Part shown: in pieces, positions 13,401-24,990 of the stretch
Numbering within the stretch: position 1 is the first letter of the stretch
How the letters are laid out: the number at the start of each line of letters is the position of its first letter
Assembly: GCA_904063045.1 (NCBI GenBank)
Contig: CAJFCJ010000034.1
Coordinates: 124,001 to 188,000, forward strand
DNA: 64,000 nt
Reading direction: 5' to 3'
Source of the DNA: Dimorphilus gyrociliatus
Lineage: Eukaryota > Animalia > Annelida
Notes under the pieces: model-generated
What the model saw: the letters and a program-made list of their open reading frames with translations, nothing else
Told to the model about the DNA's origin: nothing
The model's database searches: none
Position numbers and translations under genes: made by a program

Positions 13401-13794
13401 TAGTAGTAGTAATAGTAGCAGGAGTAATGGAAGATTATAATTACATTCAAGAGAGAGAGAGAGAGATTTTGAATATCAGATAGTGAATAATGCCTTAAGT
13501 CTTTTTAATTATTTAAATGTAGTTGTTATATGAACATTTTCCTCTCTTCCTAATCATTTTGCATATATATGCATTAATCTTTTATATTCTTTAATAATTG
13601 TATTGTGGACTAGTGTCATCTACTGTATTTAAACTCACACTTATACTTGATTTAAACACTAAGCTGGAAGAATATCGTGATAATTGGAAGATTTTCACTG
13701 AATGTTGTTAATTCATTTGTTTCTAATTAACTATTTATATTAGCAGGTTGATTTTATGTACTTTCCAATTAAATTAATAACGATTATTATCAGT

Positions 13795-13866
13795 AGCAGA
13801 GTGGCGCAGTGGAAGCGTGCTGGGCCCATAACCCAGAGGTCCGTGGATCGAAACCACGCTCTGCTA
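13795..13866 (+). tRNA. tRNA-iMet (CAT), initiator
   Basis: AGCAGAG/CTCTGCT acceptor stem with A1-U72, three G-C pairs in anticodon stem, GATCGAAA T-loop, downstream T tract. Confidence 0.97.
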
Positions 13867-14589
13867 AGAAAATTTTTTTTTTTATTTTTCTAATTTCTTC
13901 TCCTATCTATAGATTTTTCTTTTTAAAATGTTTAAATACACTTTTCAAGTGAAAATTACAAGAAAATCAATGATGCTTTTGTTGACTATAAGATTATTCA
14001 AAATAGTTTAGAATGTATAAATAGATAGAACGTGTAGATCTTGTTTTAATCTCTTTGAAAGTGACCTATTTCACTTACGGTACCGTTCAATATTTATCAA
14101 GAATAGTATATATCACTTTCTTTCTAGGGTATCTTAAATATCAACAATCACGAGATTGAACGATTCAGTTTGTTTTTCTCCGTTCATATTTTTGTGTTTA
14201 AAATAGTTGAACATATTGTATAATTGGAATTTAGGTGAAAGATTGAACGTTTTCAATCTATAAATCTATATTTTTCAATATAAATCCAAATTTTTCACAA
14301 GGAAACTTTTGTCAATAGTTCGCTACAAGGGAAAAATGCCTGAACTAAGACTTAGATACGTTTCTTTCATTCTTATTTATCCTTTTGTGAAACGTTAACG
14401 TATTAATCAGTGATCTAAATGTGAAGATTATTGAACAAATTTTATACATAAATCAATGACGAGACGATTTTATTCCCTTAAGCATATTCTCTATTCAAAG
14501 ATAAACTACGTAGCAGTGAAGACATTGACCTATTTTCTTGAATTATTTTCTTTACATTTTCCTTAATCACAAAAGTAAATATTCTACAG

Positions 14590-14765
14590 CTGATGAAAAT
14601 AGCAACTTACCTGGAGTATTATCCTCAATAGAGGTACTATTTTACATCATTCAATCGAAAATGTCCAAAGTGAAAAGACTTTTTCATCAACTTTTTCTCC
14701 TTCAACTCTTCTTTTTACACAGTAAGTAATAATTAAGATTAGTAACTATTCTCCTATTCATCTCT

Positions 14766-14802
<37 letters not shown>

Positions 14803-15548
14803 ATTAGCGAAATGCAGATCTCCTTGGCTATTGAAAGACTCAAATACAGTTTTACTATTCGATTGGTATCAAAATGTTCAAAATTCTCAAATTGCATCTG
14901 GAAGTACAATTCAAGATCAAAGTGGACATAATAAATTCGGAACAATTGAAGGAAACGGAGCGAGTTTTATGTCCGATGGTTCAATATATTTTGGAAAAGG
15001 CGATAAATTAACAGTTTGTCTTATAAATATACTTTTATTTTGATTGAACAATAAAAATACTTAAAAAAATTCTACAATCTTAAAAAATATAGGTCATATC
15101 CGATAGTGATTTAGAGACAAGTGGCGATTATACTATTGAGATAATTGCCGAATATAATTTTCCATCAAATATTGGAACTCAAGGTTTATACTGTTTCGTT
15201 AAGCATAAACATAATGGATATAAAATTAATACAAGTGGAAAAGGTCTTATTCTTATGGCCTATGGATTATCAAACTATTTTAATATTCAAGCTACACAAC
15301 CAAATTCACCATTTAGTTATCTATCTATAAATTATCATTCTCAGACTAAAACAGTATTTTATTACAAAGATGGAGAATTAACTGGTTCTAAGCAAGTTGT
15401 AGGAAGAGTTTCAAATACTTCATTATATATAGGTTCTTGTTCATCTTTATGTAATTCTTTCGATTTTGAAGGAAAGATATTTGCTTTTAAATGGTCTAAT
15501 CAATATAAGAATAGTGATGATGTTGAAAGCGTATGGAATACAAGTTAG
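14590..15548 (+). CDS. Laminin G / concanavalin A-like lectin domain protein; multi-exon, 5' end unresolved
   Basis: LLFDW...TIQDQSGHNKFGTIEG...GSIYFGKGD|...DYTIEI...VFYYKDGELTGS...LYIGS...FEGKIFAFKWSN fits the LamG_3 pattern. Confidence 0.7.
14769..14800 (+). repeat. (CT)n microsatellite at an intron 3' end
   Basis: Direct reading. Confidence 0.9.
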
Positions 15549-15817
15549 TAGTTCACATTCTCTTTTATATATTACAACATTTTTGTATAATCATTAAGAT
15601 TTCATCATCCAGCAAAACGATTAATCAGTATTAATAGACTATATGTATTTAAGACATTTTACTTGCATATATTCAAATATAGGTATGATGTTAATCTACA
15701 TTAATCTGTGTGTTATATACATATTCTCACTCCGAAAATTCAATACTCGACGATATGTAGATATCTTTTTTAAATTGCAGGTTAGACCTCGTCCTAATGA
15801 ACATTTTTATGTCAATT

Positions 15818-15889
15818 AGCAGAGTGGCGCAGTGGAAGCGTGCTGGGCCCATAACCCAGAGGTCCGTGGATCGAAACCACGCTCTGCTA
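15818..15889 (+). tRNA. tRNA-iMet (CAT), identical to 13795-13866
   Basis: Same 72-nt sequence, T tract downstream. Confidence 0.97.
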
Positions 15890-15951
15890 AACATTTTTTT
15901 TCCTTTTTTTTTTCTTTGAAAACAGAAAGAGAAAAAGTTAAAAATTATTAC

Positions 15952-16025
15952 TGGCCCGCATGGGGGTCGAACCCACGACCTCCGCGTTATCAGCACGGCG
16001 CTCTAACCAACTGAGCTAACGGGCC
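15952..16025 (-). tRNA. tRNA-Ile with GAT anticodon
   Basis: GGCCCGTTAGCTCAGTTGGTTAGAGCGCCGTGCTGATAACGCGGAGGTCGTGGGTTCGACCCCCATGCGGGCCA; all four stems pair; eukaryotic Ile-type body. Confidence 0.93.
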
Positions 16026-17684
16026 TCTTCGAACACCGTTCGAAATATTTTCAAATTTAAATTGAAATAGTACAGTAACGCCATTTTCTTAACAATTTCT
16101 AGACGCCCAGGTTAAATATATAGCACGTATAAATACAAAGATAATACATAAATAAATAGTTTGATCTATTTATAAATACAATTTATACATGATATTTTTT
16201 AAGGAAGAGACAAAAAGTTATCAATACTCTATTTAAGCTTGAACATATATACATATGTACTGTATTATGCATACACAACGGGGAGGGGGCGAGGACGAGG
16301 ACGTGGGTAAATGTTCTATAGCCAAATTACAGTGTTGGATACAATTTGTTGCTGACAATTTAAGTGAAAATACAATACAAACTAAACTATTAACTAAATC
16401 TACTTTTGTGGAAGGAGACATTCTGTAATGTTCATACTCTCGTCCAAAATCTAGCTCAATACGATAAATATTCTTATTTATTGAAAATTCAACAATTGGT
16501 TATTGGATAAATTGGATAAATTGAACAAATATCATATCTCAAAATAAGGATAAACCTAATAAAACTTTTCATGAATAATTCCATAAGACGTCTCTCTCTC
16601 TAAAGTGTCTTTTATAGTTTTTACTAAACCAGGTAAAAAGTAACGGCCATTTTCTGTTTTTTAAAAATTCATCAATGAAGAATGTATACTATTAAAAAAT
16701 AACTAATTGATCATTCTATATTCTCTATGATAGTAAAGAGAATTTTTTTCTTCTTGAATTGTTAATGATGTTTTTCTCCTTTTATAGAGAAATGAATACC
16801 GTTCAAAGATGTTTTCAATGAAAGAATAGACTCTATGTTAATTAAATATTGTTCAATGTGTTTCTTTTTCCAGAGAAGTAAATCAACAAAATCTTGGAGA
16901 TAATTTCATATATTATGTAATATATTCATCTATGGAAATATTTATAAAAGTTCATTTTTGACCTCATCACTATCTTTCTTTTGAATTTTCATCTCTATAT
17001 TACTAAAATAAACTGGAAAGTAATATACTTGAATGAATGAATGAATGAATTATCGATAAACTAAAGAGTTTTTACGAAGAAGAAAATTCTATTGAATACT
17101 AGACGCCAATTGGTATTCTTAGAATAAGATCATAATTAGGCCGAAGTAAATTTGTTCAATTCTTCTATCAATACTGTAATACATAGAAATTTTACACAAA
17201 TGTCTTATTGTCTGCCCTATCCTTTGCACTATCTAGCTGTGTTTTTTAATAATGATTATAACTCCTGATAAGGATATGGCGACTTGTCGACAATTCCTTT
17301 TGAATGCTGCTCAAAACGACTTAGAGTAAAAGAAATTAAAGTAGTTTGTAATATATTCATATAACTTGAAATACGTTTATACAATGTTTTCAGCCTATAT
17401 ATTCGTGATGTAAACGATATTCTTTAACGCGCACCTTTTCCACTAGAATCTCGTGTCTAATTACCCATTCGAGCTTTATGGCTCCATCTATCGGTTTTAT
17501 TTGGATTTATTCAAGTGAATTGAACAGTTTTTTTGTGATTTTTTCAATTTTATAGTTTATTCGAATTAATTGTTAAAAATAAAACAAGGAAAATTAATTA
17601 TTAGATAATCAATAATCATTTAAACAAAAGAAATAAACAAACAAATCACTTAAAAGAGTATTTATTCGAGATTATTCGCTCATT

Positions 17685-18068
17685 TTAAATTGACTTCCAG
17701 TATAGAATTGTGAGCAAAACGAAGAGAATCCATTGAACGAAAACGGAATATTTTCCCTTCACATCAATATAAAATAAGTTTGATAACCAAAATATGGTCC
17801 ATAACAGATATTGAAAGCTTATGAAAAATAGACATCCCGGTACGTATAAACTTGGAATAATACCAAAGATTATTGCAAATGACACTAGAGATACGGCAAG
17901 AATATCAGCAGTTGCCAAATGCCAACAAAATAACGCCAGATTCCATTCTTTGTAAACTTTACTTTTCGGAGTTGGATTACTCTTATAAACCTTTCTTGTT
18001 CCAACGAATGTATGAACAAGAAATCCGGAAGTTGAGAAGAACGTTGCTGCAATCAGGTAGAGATTCAT
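17685..18068 (-). CDS. Intronless 127-aa protein with ~4 transmembrane helices, function unknown
   Basis: Complete ATG-to-stop ORF with four hydrophobic stretches; motifs HTFVG, CWHLAT, QWILF. Confidence 0.75.
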   Translation of the reverse strand: MNLYLIAATFFSTSGFLVHTFVGTRKVYKSNPTPKSKVYKEWNLALFCWHLATADILAVSLVSFAIIFGIIPSLYVPGCLFFISFQYLLWTIFWLSNLFYIDVKGKYSVFVQWILFVLLTILYWKSI

Positions 18069-18448
18069 TTTTTTAATAAATAAAGTACTTATGCCCCCTT
18101 TGCTTTTAAATAGTATTTTTGACCTTCAAATTTCATCACAATTTAAAGGACTTATTATGTAATATAAATTCTTATTTCCTTTTCCTGTTTTAAAGGGGTG
18201 AAAATAAACTGGTATACAATATTGATATTTATAACGTTGATACTTTGGTACAAATAGAGATGAAATGAGCACTAAAAACAAACCTAGGTTTATCTTTGTT
18301 AAGATTCTTATTTAAATTCAAATAATAATAGAGTAATAGCATTAAAATTTACATAGAGAATAAACGTCTACACAGTTGAACATATCGATTTTATTCAATT
18401 GATATTCTTTTCAAGTCAGTTTATTGACAAGGGAGAGAGAGAGCGCGT

Positions 18449-19163
18449 ATGACTATAATGATAATCTCAAATTCTATAATAATACGTAAGTATTTCAAGT
18501 TAATTCAAGTGTTTAATTGGCTAATTTAATTAGATTAACTGCTTTTAGTTCTATTTCAAATATCTCTTTGTTTTACAAATGAGGATGTTTTTGAAGAAAT
18601 TAATCTAAGATCTAGAAATAAAAGATCTCTATCTTGTGAAAATAGCATCTCCAACTGTAACAAGCAATATATGTCTGAACAAAATCATTTGTATTTAACT
18701 GGTTTTAAGGCGGAAGATGATTGTAAAATTAATAGAGATCAATTAAAATGTGTGGGAAAAATAAAAGGTTCTTGCGCAATTACGAATGAGAAAGATATTA
18801 ATGGTTACGTCGATTCCGTTTGTAATCAAGGTAAGACTTAATATATTCTATATTTATTATAATATCTCTTTTTTATTAGATTGTTTAAGAGAATTGAATA
18901 AATGTAATAATTTTACAACAAAGAACTGTTCATTAATGATCTGCAAAGTACAAGCTCACAAAGACTGCAATACTTTTACAGAACATTTTCAACGTCAATT
19001 TAAATCTGTTATGATTAAATGTAAGTACATTTTTGATAGTTTCTTTGTAATAATTTGGATGTTTTTAGGTAAAATATCATACGATTCTTCAACAATTAAA
19101 CGGCCTTCAATTGCAATCTTATTCTTCTCTCTCTTTATAATAAAGACACTAATTCCATACTAA
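18449..19163 (+). CDS. Secreted Cys-rich GPI-type protein, family member 3, with furin-type propeptide (RSRNKR)
   Basis: Signal MTIMIISNSIIIL|LFQISLCFT; SCENSISNCNK...DSVCNQ|DCLRELNKCN; apolar tail. Confidence 0.7.
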
Positions 19164-19584
19164 TTGATTATGTAATATACAATAACATTATGTAATTTTT
19201 GTATTTTATCGTATTCTTATTAAAATGATCAATATAATACGAAATCAATATCTATAACTAATTCTGAATAGCTCCACTTTTTTTTTTATTTTCTCTTTAA
19301 ACTAGTAGTTACCATATTTTTTATGAAAACGAGGTAAATAAAAATGGCGGATTCTAGGGATGAGAAATTCTAGGCAGACTTATTTCTAATCACGAAATTT
19401 ACTGTTAATACTGGATGAGTATCGACGAATTATTTATTTATTAAATTCTGAATAAAGGTAGAAGGATAACTAACAACGAGAAATGAATTTAGATATTCAA
19501 ATCATAGGTATATTTGCTATATATTAATTCAATAACGAAAATTACAATAATAATAATAATTCAAAGCTAATAAATTGCGTTACC

Positions 19585-20197
19585 ATGACAAACTTTGAAC
19601 AATTTTGTATTCGTTTAGTAACACTATGGTTTACTTGGTTTTTCACCGAAACGCATGGCAGAAACAATAGAGATAGATGTAAAGAGGAGATACAAAAGTG
19701 TAATAATAAATACCGGCTAATACAAAACAATTTATGGGAAAATGGATTTAATTCATTAAAAGATTGCGAAAATAACAAAAATCAAATGAAATGTATTCAA
19801 AAACTTAATCCTCCTTGTTTTATTACTAATTATAACGATATTAAAGGTTACGCTGATTCGGTTTGTATTAAAGGTTTGTATTAATACTATATTTATAAAT
19901 ATATACTATATATATATATTTGTTTTTTGAACAGAATGCTTGAACGAATTAGCTAATTGCAATGGTCTAAATTCAAAAACGTGTTCATTTTTCAAGTGTA
20001 AAGTCAAGTCTCATAAGAATTGTAATACTTATAATAAACATTTTCGTAATATTTATATGAAAGTTGAAAAAGAATGCGGAATTTATGAGAGTAACTTTAA
20101 ATATCCAACGATTTCTAGTAGATCGTCGAATTGTATTTTATCAAAATTATTAAATATTACTTGTATAATGGTTGTAATAATTATACTGTCAAGTTAA
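19585..20197 (+). CDS. Secreted Cys-rich GPI-type protein, family member 4; 2 coding exons
   Basis: RCKEEIQKCNN...GYADSVCIKG|ECLNELANCN; clear paralog of member 3; apolar tail. Confidence 0.75.
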
Positions 20198-20788
20198 ATA
20201 TCTATATTTTAACGTTCTTGTCTTGTTGTTGTTCTATTTTTACTTGAAGATAACAACTTAAATCCGAAGATTTTCACTTGTATTCTTATCATCACTAAAG
20301 ATTTCGTAATTCTTTCATTTAAAGAAATCTATTCAAGTTACAATTTTTTTTTTAATTTTAATACAGTTATATACAGCGTCTTCGTGTGTTGATGATTTTT
20401 AAAGAGGCCATACTATGCCTATTAGACGATTTATTATCATTATCTCCTGTATACCTCTTTAAAACAATAGATAGATGAATGACTCTAATACAGTATACTT
20501 TTTATATTCTGTATTAATTCATTGGCAATTCTAATTCTATTATGAATTCTTCGAATATATCATATATTCAATCTTTCTCTTATTATAATAAATCTAATTG
20601 AATTAAAGTGTTAAATATTCAAAATTAATACCATTTTTAAAGAAATATGAACGACAAACAATTTGAATATTATACTTGTTCAAAATTCACGTAATTTCTT
20701 CATCAAATAGAAATGATTCATGTCGAAACAATTCTTTATATCTTTATAAATCTTTTTATAACTGAAATTTTCAACTGAAATCTACAGC

Positions 20789-22932
20789 ATGAATTTGTTT
20801 GTTGTTGAAGAAGATTCAAATTCAATTCTAGCTAATTATAAACTAACAAAGAAAATGGAAATTCATCATTATTTAGTTGAATGTAATATAATTGAACCTT
20901 TAAAGTTTTGTTCAATAAGTGGTTTTGATGACTTTTTTTATCATAAGGCAAACTGCAATACTCAAAGTCGTAAGCTATATTATTAATATATTGTTTCTAT
21001 GATATTATTTATAATAATACCATTGTCTTTTTTATTTAGGAAAAGGATTTATAAGGCAAATTACAACAAATTTTACATTGAAAGTTAACTATTGCCCAGT
21101 GTAATATAAAATAGATTGTATCTATTCAATAACCTACTTTATACATTCTTTTAATAGGGAAATAAATACTCCTTGGTGTTATAAATGCTTTAAAAAACAA
21201 GCATCGTGTAAGAGATTTATTTGAACTATAAGATTATTTAATTATTCATATTTTTCCAGATCTTTTTGCTTATAAACGTGCAGAAAATGAATATTTATTA
21301 GTTTTAAGACTTAGATTAAGCATTTACAAATTATTTAATAATTCCAATCTATCAACTGACTTATGTAATAAAGCTGAATTTATCTACGAAAAGACAATTA
21401 ATTTTAAGCCAACATCAAAATATTTTTTTCAACTGCAAAATGGAAATTTCAATTATTCAACAACAAGGAATAACCTATCTCTAGCAACATGTTCATATAA
21501 AGAACTTGAAGGTTCTATTCTAATCGTTATTCATTGATTATCATTACTAATACAAACATGTCTTTATAGATTTTTCATTCATTGAATCGAGTGACTTTCA
21601 TTGGTTAGCTACTAATTCTAAGAGACATTTCACAAATTTACTAATTCATTCAAAGACTTTTGGAACTGTTTGGCCATTCTTTACAAATGGACCAAATGAA
21701 AATTGGTCAAATCTTGCTGCTACAGAGATTTGTAGGTCAATTTCAAAAGTACTCGGAATTTATGAAGTTGAAGTATCTTCTCTACTACAAAACATAGATA
21801 CTGAGGTTTTTTACCTATTGGAATTAGTTTTATAAATATCTCACTATGAAATATAGATTAATTTATCTTTTCGTTTGCAATGGGATGAAAACGTCGATTT
21901 CTTCCATTTTACATCACTTGAAGGCGAGCACACAACAATCACAGTGCTTCCACCATACATTCTTAATAGTAAACATCATAATTATAAAGAATTTATTGGA
22001 ATATTTGTACATCTTTAAATGAATGTAAACTTACAAGGGTATCTGAAAGAAGGTAAAATTCTATTGAATAAATAATTAATGATATCTATGTATTCATTTT
22101 ACTTGAATAGTTTAAAATATAAGACAATTAAAAAGTTTGCTAATCCTCATATATCCATTAATACTTTATATATTAAATGTTCAAAAGACTTTAAAGAAAG
22201 TGAATAATTCGTTTAGAAATTATTAATTATAAAATACTGACTAAGATAAATCAGTTCATTTATATAGACTGTCACGGTGTAAATACTCTAAGTCTCTATG
22301 ACACTTGCTATTTTTTCCTTGAAACAAAAAAGAAACTGTCAGCACTTGAACACGATTTTTTTTTCTTCTACAATCAATAATTAACTTGAAAGTCAATTTG
22401 GCAACGATTATGAAGACTACGTTCAATTTAATATACCTGAAGATTGCAACTTAAGAACTCTAACGTATATTGTTTGCCAAAAATTTATAAGTATTATGAA
22501 ATTAACAGAAATATACTGAAATAAAATTATGACGTCTCTAACTAGAAAAATCAAATCCAGCTTCTGTCAGTAGCTTAATATTTCAAGGTCACCTCAATTG
22601 TTCCTTATACTCATTTTATTGTTCTTTTGACAAGTACTGTATTAATAATATCTATGTTTGCGATGGTGAAAAAGATTGTATTTCCGGAGAAGATGAGATT
22701 GATTGTAGTTATATAACGCATTTCACTTGTATCAAATCATTAAAGAAAATACCATATCACTTCGTTTGCGATTGTAATAAAGACTGTTCAGATGGATCGG
22801 ACGAACATCTCTGCGGTAGATAACATCAATTCTTATTAATAGCCTCTTTCTTTATCTTGACACTTTGTTTTATTAAATATTCTTAGAGAGAAAGCCATGC
22901 GGATTCGATAAGCGAAAGTTGGTCATTCACCT

Positions 22933-22973
<41 letters not shown>

Positions 22974-24822
22974 TTATAGTATCTTGAATAGCAAAATAAC
23001 CATTACCTAATTTATTAAGATGCAAAAATGGTCAATGTATTGGATTTGAAGATGTCTGCAATAATGAATACAATTGTCTAGACTATAGCGACGAAGACTG
23101 CATTACATATGCTGCATCAGATGGAAAAATATTGGGTTTATACATAGAATAAATTCAAATATTCTCTATTGATATGTAACATTGCAGAATGTCATCCGGA
23201 GAATCAATTCTTTTGTGATAACAAATGTATCAGTAAAAATCAAACATGCGATTCTATAATAGATTGTGAAAGTATTACAGATGAAGTCACAGATCAGTGC
23301 AAGTAGGTCAGTTTCAGTGTATTGCATAAATTTATGATATATCAAGTTCATAGGAGCAAAAATTTCGGCCCGACTACAAATAACTGTCGCGTTAAGTATA
23401 ATTCCATGGGACTTATAAGAACAAAAGTGAATTTTCCCTTTCTACATTTAGAGAAATGTAGCCTAAGTCGTTGCCGTTCTGGTGAATTTTTGTGTAAAGA
23501 ACATAAATTCTGTATATCAATCGAACAAGTTTGCGATGGTGTAAATCATTGCTGGAACAATGAAGATGAAATTGAATGTGGTAAACGTTCATTTCAATTC
23601 ACACTTCATTTCTCTTCATTCAATCTCTTCTCCTTTTTCTTATTAGATCATTTTGCTCCCATGGGTTTTTTCAAGTGTAAAGGACACCGTCTCTTTATTC
23701 AGTCTCATAAAAGATGCGACGGAATAGTTAATTGTCCGACAAGAAGTGACGAACTATTCTGCCTTTCCAACTATACTAATTGTCCACAATATTGCGATTA
23801 TTGGCCTCTTTATCAGATCAGATGTGTAAGAAATGATGGCGTTGGATTTGTCAATTTCTCCCTCGATTCAATAGATGGTCGCCATACGCTATCAAAACAA
23901 GTTCATGCAATTAATTTCGACAATTTAATTGGTACGATAAGATCGGACGAAATGACTAGTTTACGCGTAGAAAATGTCACAAACCGACTGGATAATATAA
24001 AAATACTATGTCGAAATCTCGCTATTATAACATTGATAAAGATAAAAATGGCGAACATCGACCATCTTTTCGGAAATGAATCGATGAATGTTTTACAAAG
24101 TTTACATCTATCAAACTCATTGTAAAACTTTTTCTACAATATCAAACTTTAAATTGAATAACGATGCATACGTTTGGTTTATAACTGTTTTTATTCCAAT
24201 TAATTCTATATTAAATCCTTTAATCTATTCGTTCGATGAATATAGAAACTCGAAAGCTAAGAAAAAGGTTGGGAAACAGTTGAAAGGTAATTGAAACAAC
24301 TATATACATGTATATAACTTTAACATATATTATAATTAATATATCTACAATCTTATAGGAAAGCTGTACTTGATAACGCAATCTCAAAAAGTTTGAATTA
24401 TATTACATAACATAATACTATTAACTAATTCATTCATTCATAATTTTTTACTTGAATTCATAGTTTTTGAATTTTTGAAGAATCAACATCAATTTAATAT
24501 ATGCAATCGTAATTTTCCAAATTCCTTAGTATGCTTTAAACTGGATAAAGTATTTTATACTCGTTCATATTTTATTATATGCGCAAAAGATATTTGCACT
24601 GCTATTGCATACTTTCACCAATGTCAATTTAGTATTAATGAAACTTTAACAATTGAAGAGATATTCGTTTCTAAATGTGATAGTAGAAATCTTCCGGAAT
24701 ATTTTCTTAAACCAACTAAATTAATTAAATTGGATGAAAATTACGAGAAGAAAGATATTTTATCATTTGGTTTACTTATAAGATTTTCGCTTCAGAAGAA
24801 AAGCGCATTTCTTAAAGGATAA
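20789..24822 (+). pseudogene. GRL101/LGR-like receptor paralog R1, internally deleted (most LRRs and TM1-6 missing); 5' end approximate
   Basis: SRCR-like and C-lectin-like remnants, six LDLa repeats 22540-23770, then a frameshifted jump to TM7 (FIPINSILNPLIYSF) and a kinase-like tail. Confidence 0.75.
22939..22972 (+). repeat. (TA)n intronic microsatellite; shorter copy near 28349-28368
   Basis: Direct reading. Confidence 0.85.
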
Positions 24823-24990
24823 ATAACAATTTTATGTATTTTTCAGTTGATTAAATACAAGTATCTCTTCTATTTCTCTTTATCTTTCAATTGATTAAAA
24901 ACATTATATAATTGATATTTAATACAATTACATTAAATTAGAATAAACTAATATCTTTTCAATTGTCTATTGTCTATATGAAGAGAAGGA

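Noticed and set aside
15727-16014. Two ORFs of 89 and 60 aa
   Set aside because: They are translations of tRNA genes and T tracts
16233-17350. Possible minus-strand gene with GC-richer patches
   Set aside because: Could not build a consistent spliced frame or recognise a domain
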